From positions 1,178,001 to 1,242,000 of the forward strand of contig OU015568.1 in the NCBI GenBank assembly GCA_907165135.1: DNA of 64,000 bases. Direction: 5' to 3'. Position 1 is the first letter of the stretch. Every line of letters starts with the position of its first letter. The DNA is from Oikopleura dioica (lineage: Eukaryota > Animalia > Chordata). The position numbers and the translations under genes are program-made. Under the pieces are notes generated by a model. The model saw only the letters and a program-made list of their open reading frames with translations. It was not told the origin of the DNA and made no database searches. Shown piece by piece: positions 50,101-61,136 of this stretch.

Positions 50101-53100
50101 GAATTGCTTTATCTAGGTCAACATCTTGGAATGCCAGTGTTGATGCCTTCAGAATATTGTTGTGTCCAGCATAGACTAGAACTGTTCCGGAGACGCGCGA
50201 ATGACAATTTGTATGGCAATTTTCGCATAAAAATCTCTCCGGTAGATTTTCACCATAGTTCCAGGCATTCCGGCTCTTGATTTGAAGAATTGGTCTTCTT
50301 TCCTCATCGCAGATTTGTCCTACTTTCATCAGGACTGCTAATTCAGTTAAACAGGCACCAGAATATGACGTAATAATCCAGTTTTTTCTTTAATTTGTGT
50401 TTTCCGAAATATTTTATCTAAAGTGGTGTTTGAATAATTTCTTACTTTAGCTAATGAAACACATATATAAGGGGACTCCGCGGAAAACCAAAAGCAGGTC
50501 GCACCCTCATATTTTGAAAATTTTTACGCGTCTACTTAAAGATCTCAAGATGCTCATTCAGAATCGCGATTAAAAATTGTATCGGGGGCATCGGGATATA
50601 GAAATGATGGCCGCCGAAAAGAGGCCCACAAACCATAAAATCGAATTTTTCTCGAATTCCCAATACCCCCGATACGATGTTTATTCGCGATTCTGAACAG
50701 GCATATCAAGAGCTTTAAGAAAATGTGTTCAAAATTATCTCTCCATAAGGACGCCCCCATTAAAGTATTTTTTCCGCGTAGACCTAACTGTTCTATCATC
50801 TTTTTATATTCAAACAGTCCTGTGAATCTCCGAGAAGGAAATTTGTTTTTTCGTATCCGAAGAAACATGGTCGGCGCCAGCACTCTCGTTCATGCCCTTT
50901 GAACCATAAAGACTCCATAACTAATGTATGATATTAAGGATAGAACATGGATATTATGGATAGAACATCGGCTGAGCGCGGCTGCCCGTTTAGCGCCCCG
51001 CCATGACCGTTTTTTCAGAGACCCGTCAAATCTGAACGGTAAATGATTTTATCTTTATTATTTTAGCTTTATGATCATCAAAGCCTATTCTTTTATACAA
51101 ACAATTTGAAAATATCAAAATGGGATAACTTGGTCAAAGTCTCGGAATGAGAGCGACTCTTTCAAAGCCCTCTATTAAAATCTAAAGATTTATTTTGAAA
51201 CTCAGACTAGAAATAAAAGGAAAGTAGAAGTGAAATAGAAGACTAAAAGTGAAGAAGTCGGAGCTCTACAAAATCGAAGAATATAATTCATCGTTCAGAT
51301 TAGCCGGGTCTCTGAAAAATAGATAACGACGGCGCGCTAAACAAGCAGCCGATCTTATATTTTACGCTTAAGATGGAGAAAACAATTTTTCAATTAACTA
51401 GTTTTCCATTTTTCTAACATAGATATTGCGCTCATTTTTCTGACCTGTGTCGAGGCATCACCCATGTTCCGTTATGAGAACATACAGACAGTTTGAATCG
51501 ACGATAAATATTAAATATCTTCTGTGTTTCAGGATTTGATTGAAGAATGGCTGTTTTATTTTATAGTCACACGGGCAATAAAAAAAATTATAAGCATTCT
51601 GAATTCAATGATTTGATTTCTTCTTTCTTTTGCCTTTCTTTTACTCACAGAAAAGAGAATTTCAAAAACGAGAATTAACAATTAGGAATATTTGTATTTA
51701 ACAACGAGGAAAAAAAATGTAATCGTGATATTTCCAGATCAGGAAAAACGGACTCTTTTCGATTCAGCATTGACTTCACTTGAATGCTGTGCGACTCTTT
51801 TTGATGGAGTTGTTTTATTGCACACCCAATGACTTAAATTTATGAACTGTATTTATTCATATTGCCATACTTAATTTTTTTGAGTTGATTTTCCTTGATC
51901 TCAAGAATATTCGACGATGTTATTTCTGGTGTTCCAGCTTTGAATTCTTGCTCAATTCTATAATAATTTTTATAAATAATTTTAAGCAACAAATAATTTT
52001 AAAGATTTTTTTTAACCTGTTGAGCACATAGACCGCGCAATCACGATTCGTTTGCGGAACATTTTCGCGTTTTTTCTTCCAAGGGCCCTGATCATTCAGA
52101 ATTTTTCCAATAGTATCAAGAAGTTTTTTTTTCGAACTATCAATGGCGTTTTGATAATTTCCAATAGCCCCATTTGTATCATAGACAGTAACTGAGCGAG
52201 ATTTGACATTAACGATCAAGAGTGCCGCGTGGTTTTCATCTTTTGATGACAGCAATAATGGTGCACAAATTTTTTTCGTTTCTTAAGGCTTGGGTCATTA
52301 TAAGTGCCTTGAGTCATGTTTCCGACGGAAGATGTAGGATATGAGCAAAAATCTGTTTCTCGAATTTCAAATTCGGACAAGATAACGATTTTGACCCCGG
52401 ACTTTGGAAATTTCCGCTTTCAGAGAAGATTTTGATATTTCGCTTAAGAAAAACAGAAAATTAGGTTTTAAAGCTCTAGAGTCACACCTTTGGCGGGCCA
52501 CAGGGTAGAGGATACTGACTGTTTTATTTGTATTTTCTAATCTTAAGAGCGCAATCTTAATCAGGGTTCTCTAAAGCATATAGCCCTGTTTTAGTTAATG
52601 ACGTTCGGTCGTTAAAACCCTTAACTGAGCTTGAATATCTGTTGCAGAGTAGACGTAATCGCTGATTGTTTGTTTGTTTGATAATTCTCGAAGATTGACG
52701 GGTCTTCTTTGAGGCTTATTTTTATTATCAATAATTATTGTTCCGTCTTTCTGTCCGATTTTTCTGGAAAATGTGTTTCCAGAATTTCGAACACAGAGAC
52801 TAATTTTTCCACTGGAACAGAGATCGCAGCTGCAGACTATGTCTTTTGCATAAAGAGCTCCTCTTGCTGCGTCGAAGTTTATCATACGAATCGATTTAAT
52901 TGACGGTATGTTGAGATTTACGGAAGATTTCGTGGTCTCTTCATTTTTATTCTTGAGAATGGCATATTCTCGCCCAGCAAAATTTTGTTTTGCGCGTTTT
53001 TCTTTTTCTTCTGTCCGCAGCTTCTGCTCATTTTCCTTCAAGAATCCGAGGCATTCATCAAGAGTACCACAGCGATTTACAAGTTTCGCATTTTTTATCG

Positions 53101-56100
53101 TGGTAGCGCAGTGACTATGGGCGCCATCGACGAGGCCTCAGAATTCTAGAATTAGTTTCGCGGAAAAAATACCTTTTCCATGGCGGCTGGTTTTGAAAAT
53201 ATAAGTTCTCCGCAGGCCATCGTTATTTGAAATGGCATGGTGAAAATGTTCCCTCGATTTGAATTCAGAGCTCGCATTATGTAAAACAGGGTTCGGGAAA
53301 TTCAAAGATCTTATAAATCCGCAAGATCGAAATAGACCATTACCTACCGACGAGCCATAATGGAATTATCGTCAACATTAAAATGCAAATTTTAACCCTT
53401 TCGAACCCTTTCAGAAATCCTGTTAATGACTGTGAAATTTATGTTTCGATTTTTAAAATTTTCAACAATCATTTTTTCCGCCTCAATCGGCGCTCCGGCA
53501 AATTTCTTCTCCATAAGAAAATGAAAGTATTGCATTTTTTGTATTTCGTTTTCATTCCATCGAGCGACCGCCGTTAAAACGTTACAATTCAATCCAAGGC
53601 GCCCGGCTTGAAGATATTCATGCTATTTTTAGGGTTCATGTAAACAAGCCAAGCGAAATTAATGAATTTTCTGATCCCGAACTGTGACGCAGTATTATTT
53701 TGAAGAACAAACGTCGAGGCGTAGTCAAGCTTTCCACGGGTCTCAGAAAGTTCTTGCTTATAGACACACTTGACGTATTCATTCGATACAATTTAAGACC
53801 CTCGGCTCAAGATGAAGACTCCCTGGCTTAACATCTCCATGTTCATATACTTTAAGATCTTCTTTATTTCTGCTCTTGTCGATGCTATGGGCAAGTGTTT
53901 CTCTCGTCATACTTTTAAGCTGATCGAAGAATTGCCGTATTGGCATTTTACCGCGAGTTTCGCTACCAGAAACAAAAGCTGTCTCAGCTTTAACTCCAGC
54001 TTTGAGGAGTTCGAATCTGTCAAAGGCAACGGTCTCGTCAGGATGCATTTGTACGACTTTTTCGAATATTTCTCGATCAAAGTCTTCCATAAATTCATCC
54101 GGACCAACGCAACTCTTGTGAGTGCAGTCGCTGCAGGATGTTGAATTTTTTGGGTGAACAAAGCAACTTGTCTTCTTTTTACGATCAGTGACACAATATT
54201 GTTTGTCCGTTGTTGCACAGGTGCTCCTTTCCAAGATTTCTTTGAAATTGAAGCCTGCCAATGCGGGAACGTCTTATGGAGGGGGGCCTTTTTATCCTCA
54301 AGATCTTGTTAGGACCTGTTAACGGATTCTGCGATGAACTGTGATATCTAAGAAAAGAGTCTCCTGTCCTAATTTCTTTCCAAGGCTCTGCGCAGCCTTC
54401 TCATAAGTTCCCTTGTTAAGGCAGGACTAATAAGTGGTCTTAATCATATCATGGTGTGATTTCCATAACAGTGACAATAAATTTATAATAATTCACGATT
54501 TAAGACCCTATCTCGCAGTGTATATCCTCACTCACATTTTCATGACCATAACTTTGCAGGTGCGAAGAGCAATCTGCTTCCGCTCCTAATTCATTCACTG
54601 AAGACGTCGATAATTGAATTTCTGAATCCTCATCAATCGTAAGAGAACTTATATCTGGCACAGAAGGCGCTCGTTCGTTCATTATGTCGAAATCTGATGA
54701 AGATGGTACACTTGGAACGCATCCGTTCATTATGTCGAAATCTGATGAAGACGGTACACTTGGAACGCATTCGTTCATTGTGTTTATATGGTCAAGATCA
54801 GGGTCTCGAAAAATACGAGGCCAGGCGGCAGCCACAACCCACTCATACTCTTTTGGTTTCCACCTCTTAGAGACCCACCTCCGCTGGCCGCCAGGGTTCA
54901 GCGGCCACTTGGTGATTCATCTTGCGTTAACGCGACCCAGTCCGAATTTTACATTATCCGAGGCTGAAATTCGGTCTCCAGTGGAATCCAGCGGCCAGCG
55001 GCTGGCTTTGCCGCCAGAGCGTGGATTCGAAAAATGAATGGAGGCCGTAAGCGAAGGGCGCGCGGAGTATGAATAAATCCTCGCCGCCGCATGGCTGCCA
55101 ATTTTTCGAAACCCTGGTCAAGATTCATCACACTTGGAACTCGACCATAAAAACCTCCGTTAAATCAGTCAGTTCAGAGTTATTCGCCTGAACCTCATCG
55201 TGGGAATAAACAGAAATGGTGTCAATATTAAGAATTGACGGAGCTGTGCCAAGCGGTTCATTTAGATTATCAAGTCTCTCGAGATCAAGAACACTGAAAT
55301 GCAAAATTAACTTTAATTCAATCAATCTTGAACGAATAAAAACCTTGGTACTTGAAGAAGATTAACAGGAGCTTCATTGGGGTCAAAGTCATAGTTAGAC
55401 ACAGCATCAATAGAATCGATATTCATGACGCTTGGCGCTGGACCAAGTGCGCATAAATCATCTGGTGGTGGTTCAACAGGCATCATAGAGACGCCAAACT
55501 CGGACATCGTCTAAATACTTTAACAATTAATCCTTATCCAAGATTTTATCGAACAAATTGCTTAAGGGTAACAATCACGTAAGAAATAAGGAAAGAGTGA
55601 AAGAAAAGGATAAACATCGTAGAACATTGACATCATAACAGAACTTCTCATCCACGACGACGACTTAAAAAAAGAAAAATGAACTCCACATCATATAATT
55701 CGATTTTACCACAAGTTTTTTGGAAACAACGATGTGAGAGAGACAAATTTTCCACACAGTAATTCGTAATAACCCTGATGTCGTCCACCTTGATTGTAAG
55801 ATCGTCTTATTCTTTGTTGGAGACGTAGCTCATCATATGCACGATGAAGTTGATATATTCTGTAGTCTAAACACCTCGTCATTTCCAAAACATCTATTGT
55901 TTCTTTAGATATTTGATTCCAATTTGAAGGCTTGTCAAGTTTTTGGAAGAAAAAACTTTTAACCAATCGTTCAGCTTTTAATCTGAGCCATTCTTTCGAA
56001 GAGATCGTCTTAAATATAACAGCAAGCTCAAGAGGCCTCTTAACTATAAATTTTGCAATTTCTCGATCGTCTAGATCAGAGCTGGTTATTTGATAACTGT

Positions 56101-59100
56101 CGTCACTCGAAAAGAAAAAGAATTAATTTTTAGAGAAATTTTGGAGACTTTTAAAGCGCTTACTTCTATTATCTTTTTTCTAAAGCTTTCTGAAGATGAT
56201 TGAACGAGACGAACGCGAAAGATAGAAAAACGACGCGTAAATATTAATTCGCACACTAAAATTTTTTTGACAGATCATAGGACGCGAATTCGACAGCCAT
56301 GATCCCGATTATAATCGAAAATTCATATGATAAGCGGTACCGCACATTCAAAAGAGCAATTTATGACAGGCCCGCCCTGAAAATGGAAAACGAAAAACGA
56401 CTCGACAGTCATAGTGGCTTCGGTTCTTTCCAATATATCTTCTAATGCCCTGTACATTTGCTTTGGAGCAAACTCAGGGAGTTGGCTTTGCACGACACGA
56501 GACATCATAAAGGTAAGATTCGCCATGGTCCCCGAGCCATCATTTGACACTTCGAAGGAATTAAGGAATCGTGGGATTTTTCCAAGGTATTGTTTTCGAG
56601 CATCCATGGTTTTAACTAAGCAGATCAATTTTTATACTTTTGAAGCAATAATCAACGATCAGAAAGCAGAAAAAGCGGGTGTGCGCTCCGCGCCTGTCTT
56701 AAAGGAAACCCGCAACTTTCTAGAATTGATGGCCTTGAGGGCGTTGTTGAATTCAGGTTATAGGGACTTTTGCTGATTTCTAGAATGGTCTTTATAGCCT
56801 CGATGGCCATGATGTCCTTGATGGCCTTGTCGACAATCTCTTTTCTCTTATCGCCAGAGAGAAATGAAAAAATCGGTCAAAACGAAAAACACAAAGAAAC
56901 CGACTTAAGCCGACCACCCACCGACCAAACCCCACCACCGATCAAATCAAAAAAATCCATGGTAGGATCGTTCGGTGCCAATATAAACCCCACCATTTCC
57001 GACTAGGTCGAGTTTTTGGTCGGGTCGATGGCCTTGATGGCCATGCTGGCCGTGATGGCCTTGATTGCCTTGTTGACAATTTCAGGTTCATCCCTATTAA
57101 AGGTGTAACGAACGTAAGTGATCTTAATTCTCGGTCCGAGCCAGAGTTGCAGATTTTTGAAAATTTTTTGTGAGCTGAGCTAGCTGAGCTGTGGTCGAAA
57201 TTGAGCTGAGCTGGCCCCTTGAAAAGCAACTGAGCTGAGCTGGATTTTTCGAAAAAATGAGCTGAGCTGAGCTGAGCTTGGGCTAATTTGAAAATTTTTG
57301 AGCTAAGCTGAGCTGACAATTTTTTTAAGCTGAACTGAGCTGAGCTGGCCCCTTGAAAAGCAACTGAGCTGAGCTGAATTTTTTCGAAAAAAATGAGCTG
57401 AGCTGAGCTGAGCTTGGGCTAATTTGAAAATTTTTGAGCTGAGCTGAGCTGACAATTTTTTTAAGCTGAGCTGAGCTGAGCTGGCCCCTTGAAAAGCAAC
57501 TGAGCTGAGCTGGATTTTTTCGAAAAAAATGAGCTGAGCTGAGCTGAGCTTGGGCTAATTTGAAAATTTTTGAGCTGAGCTGAGCTGACAATTTTTTAAG
57601 CTGAACTGAGCTGAGCTGACCCCTTTGAAAACAACTGAGCTGAGCTGAGCTGAGCTGGATTATTTCGAAAAATTTGAGCTGAGCTGAGCTGGGGTTTATC
57701 TGTTAGTTTTTGAGCTGAGCTGATGATTTTTCAAACTGAGCTAGCTGAGCTGAGCTAGCTGAGTTGAGGTTAAAATTGAGCTAGCTGAGCTGATCTGACT
57801 TTTCTCGAAGAACCATTGAGCTGAGCTGAGCTGAGCTGGCCCCCTTGTAAAGCAACTGAGCTGAGCTGAGCTTGGGCTTATCTGAAAATTTTTGAGCTGA
57901 GCTGAGCTGACAATTTTTTAAGCTGAACTGAGCTGAGCTGACCCCTTTGAAAACAACTGAGCTGAGCTGAGCTGAGCTGGATTTTGTCGAAAAATTGAGC
58001 TGAGCTAAGCTGGGGTTTATCTGTTAGTTTTTGAGCTGAGCTGAGCTGATGATTTTTCAATCTGAGCTTGCTGAGCTGAGCTGACAATTTTTTCAAGCTG
58101 AGCTGAGCTGGGCTAGCTAAGTCGAGGTTAAAATTGAGCTAGCTGAGCTGAGCTGACTTTTCTCGAAGAACCATTGAGCTGAGTTGAGCTTGCTTTCTTC
58201 AGAAAAATTAAGCTGAGCTGAGCTGAGCTGACCCTCACCTCGAAATCGCTGAGCTGAGCTGAGCTGTAGCTCATCTAGCTCATATAGCTCACCTCAGCTA
58301 GCTCACAAAATTTGTAACTCTGGTCCGCGCTATTCCGATTTACGGAAAAATGTAAAATGAGGGAATTATAATGGCCTAAATTCCCTTTTATAATTTTAGA
58401 CTTGTAATAGATATATCTGTATAAAAAATAAGTCAAACGATAATTATAATAAATAAGTATAAGAAGGACCACCGAACATACTGTTTTTTCAGAATTTTTT
58501 TCTGCGCGAGGCCCATCTAGGCCAAAACCGTGGGGGAAGTCTTTAAAGCATACCTTCTGTCTTCGTTTGGATTCTACTTTCTTTGGAGTCAGTCGTTGGC
58601 AGGATTTCTTCTGTTTTTGATTTTTTCTGCAATTAACAAGCGTCTTATATAATTTTAAGAATAAATATATATATTTAGTATACCTGTCACTGGTATCGAA
58701 AATTATTAACAATCTTTCTCTTAGCTTTCTCTTCTTCTCTTTCAATTTTGTGTGTTTCACAGAATTAACTTTCTCGAAGTGAACTGCCAGCCAGAAATTA
58801 GTTTGGAAATTTTTTTTTCATACTGTGATTTTGATTGATGCATCCATTAAATAATCATTAATGAGCGAGGTAGTTCCGGAATCGCGAGCGCATGTGTACA
58901 CTTCACCGTCGATCGATATTGAAACAAAAAATTTTCAAAATCAAATGAGCAATATTTTTGCTCAAAATTATTATTTTCAAATTTAAAATAAATAAAAAAT
59001 TGTAATTTAACGGCAAAAAAAATTGTTCTCAAATGACCTCAGATGACCTCAGATGACCTCAAATGACCTCAAGTGACCTCAGAGCACTATTTGATTACTT

Positions 59101-60909
59101 TTTTGTAGTTTGTAATTTAATAAAAGTGTATGCTTTGTATTTGCGAAATTAGTGCAAAACTAATCCTCAAAAAAAAATTTTTACAGCCCAAATGTTGCCC
59201 GATTTGCTTCAATTTTCGCGAGCACATAGATTCGACTATAGAGATTCCAAAAAAAAATAAAAAAAAATTTTGTTATGGAAAAATTTTGCTCTATGAGCAG
59301 TTAAAATTTCGGAATTTCAACCTTTATCAAGTCCAAATGTCGAAAATTTCGAAGATTTGAGCAGACTCTAAAAACGTTTTTTATACAGTTTGAGAAGCTC
59401 TTTCAGATGAGCCAATCAGAAAAAAAAAAATTTTTTTCGACCTGCCACAATTGGAGACTTCTACCTAAAGGTCAAAATCCTACCTGGCGAGTTGGCCCGA
59501 TTCTAAATGATCCCCGCTGCTGGCTGTCGTCAAGCGCGGAAGGGGATTACGAGAGCTTCATGAAGGGAGAAAAGCAATGCCGAAGCTTTCACTACTGGAT
59601 GGAGTTTGGCCGCGGCGGTTGGGTTCGATCTGGAATCTTCAGCATTCGAGAATATGGTTTTGGCGCGCAAAATCTAGGACATTGCAATGGCACTTTTAAT
59701 GCGGCTTGGAAGTCAAAGGTCATTCCGGGCATTTACGATCGCAAAGTTGATGAAAACGGCGATCATTATTTTGAGCGGACGGCGTTTGCGAAGGGCACTC
59801 CAAGTATGGCTGGAATCGTCGATGGGGAAAGCAGCGATCTGCCTCCTTTGATGATGCGGGAGAAAGTGACAGTCAGAAGCTCTGCGGATTTCTTAGTCGA
59901 GAAATCAGGACGAGTAGACTTCAAGCCTAAAGAGCATGCACCAATTGTTCCGGCCGAAGATGCTGTTGATGGACCAGGTTTGAGAAAAACTCGAATGAAA
60001 AATCGTTAATAAATTGAAGGGCTTCAAAGAGGCGAGTCATTCAAACGCGAGGAAATGCGACTGAATTCAGACTCGCATGACATCGAAAAGGTAATATCTT
60101 TCCGAAGTAATCACTGAAACTGAAATTCTAGAGAGTTCCCTATTACCTCTACAAGCATTCGAACTGCTGGAAGATTGGCCTAACTGCCGGAGCCGCTAGA
60201 GCGGTTCTGATGACGTTAGAAACTGACTTCAGAAAACTTGACAGAGCAAAATGGATCGAGGTCGAAAGAAACACAAGAAACTCGAAAAAGTATTCACCAA
60301 TATTTTTCTATTTTATTTTAATTTTGCTTTCAGAATGAAGGATTCTCAAGTGTTGATCAAAAAACATCCCTTTGCTCACAATCTAGGTAACCAAACTTAC
60401 AAAATATCGTTCTGATAAAATTATTCTAGTGCAAATCGAAGCATCGTTGAGGTCCCAAGAGCCCATATCCGGAATTTACTACGAGCTTGAAGATCAGGAA
60501 AATGTTTGGAAGCTGACAACATCGATTTATGTCACTGGGAAATTCGCAACAGAGTGGAAAAACGCCACGCTTCCTGGTTGGTATGACCGAATAGGTCCGG
60601 AGATTTTCATGAGTCGCCATTTGGTGAGAGCTTTTTTTATATTTTTTTCTTTTGAAAAGCAAACTAAGAACGAAACTGATAAGCAAGAAATCTTCATTTA
60701 TAAAAAATCTGGAAGATGGCATGTTGGCCCAGATCCTCGAGAAAAGATTTGCTGGCTTTTCTCAGGTAAACCTGAAATTTCGAGTAAAAAATAATTCTGT
60801 TTTAGGTAAAAATGAGCGCCACCTTCACGTGCAAACGAGGTGGTTCGAAGCCGACCAGGGCCAAAAATGGATTCGCAATAGAAGCATTACTGCCGCGCTT
60901 CGTCACTAG
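47137..60909 (+). CDS. Unknown protein: long acidic/Ser-rich region plus two IFIYK..WxVGP..CWL..W repeats; interrupted by the 10.86-kb transposon
   Basis: ORF ends ..HSIFIYK at 48605 and resumes GQNPTWRVGPILNDPRCWL at 59470; second repeat EIFIYKKSGRWHVGPDPREKICWL near 60690-60760; stop 60907-60909. Confidence 0.7.
48606..49100. repeat. Left terminal inverted repeat with (TGAGGTCANY)n array at 48991-49040
   Basis: Reverse complement of 58965-59465 with scattered mismatches. Confidence 0.9.
49670..50380 (-). CDS. SGNH/GDSL hydrolase-like cargo gene (multi-exon; block I not located)
   Basis: ITSYSGA (block II), TVLVYAGHNNIL (block III), PDKVHL (block V), inserted CENCHTNCH. Confidence 0.55.
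50978..51351. mobile_element. Nested ~375-bp element with ~70-bp imperfect TIRs
   Basis: CGGCTGCCCGTTTAGCGC..TTTTTCAGAGACCCG..ATCTGAACG versus the inverse at 51280-51351. Confidence 0.65.
51739..55507 (-). CDS. Multi-exon DDE transposase, Sola2-like, with C-terminal Ulp1/C48 protease-like domain (ends uncertain)
   Basis: Cys-rich CSDC..C region; LDYASTF (first D); RIS[D]NASSEFKSR; YIFKTSRHGK/GLVDGAHS (HGKG..DG); CSCDLC; then HAALLIVN..VYDT..VPQTNRDCAVYV at 51920-52255. Confidence 0.75.
54640..54780 (-). repeat. 48-bp coding tandem repeat (MNxCVPSVPSSSDFDI) x~3
   Basis: CGTTCATTATGTCGAAATCTGATGAAGAYGGTACACTTGGAACGCAT repeated. Confidence 0.85.
55706..57100 (-). CDS. Additional unidentified minus-strand ORF pieces inside the transposon
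   Basis: ORFs 55706-55966 and 56323-56628, plus 9-bp repeats encoding GHQ-like triplets at ~56800 and ~57030; no domain recognised. Confidence 0.3.
57142..58322. mobile_element. Nested hAT-like non-autonomous element filled with a (GAGCT)n satellite
   Basis: CAGAGTTGCAGATTTT ... AAAATTTGTAACTCTG ends; 8-bp TSD GTCCGAGC/GTCCGCGC; ~135-bp higher-order units (GGCCCCTTGAAAAGCAAC at ~57212, 57346, 57482). Confidence 0.8.
58965..59465. repeat. Right terminal inverted repeat with five TGACCT units at 59034-59079
   Basis: Reverse complement of 48606-49100. Confidence 0.9.
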
Positions 60910-61136
60910 ATCGTTTTTTATACTGTTCCTATTTGTACGAGATCATGTAATAAAGAAGAAAGATCATCAAACTTTTTTTTGTGGGGTCTTTACTTTTTCG
61001 ACCATGTTCAAAGAAGTCTTGAGGCAGAAAGAGTTCATGTTAAGTTACGGAGTTCTGAGCAAAACATGTGTTGCAACTCATGAGCCGTAAATATATCCTT
61101 TTGGGAATATACCCTTTTTCATTTGAATGTGAATAA

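Larger units (their letters stand above)
48606..59465 (-). mobile_element. 10.86-kb DNA transposon, Sola2-like, ~500-bp TIRs, 4-bp TSD (CAAA/TAAA)
   Basis: GGTAGAAGTCTCCAATTGTGGCAGG at 48606 and its reverse complement ending 59465; inverted similarity continues to ~49100/~58965; transposase motifs inside. Confidence 0.9.

Noticed and set aside
56942-58096. SAQLSS-rich ORFs
   Set aside because: Translation artefacts of the GAGCT satellite
48656-59360. Near-identical ORFs 48700-48942 (-) and 59130-59360 (+)
   Set aside because: Mirror translations of the two TIRs, not genes
48606-59465. Polinton/Maverick or endogenous virus interpretation of the large TIR element
   Set aside because: No pPolB, integrase, ATPase or capsid motifs seen; no 6-bp TSD; the HGKG..DG motif indicates a Sola2-like transposase
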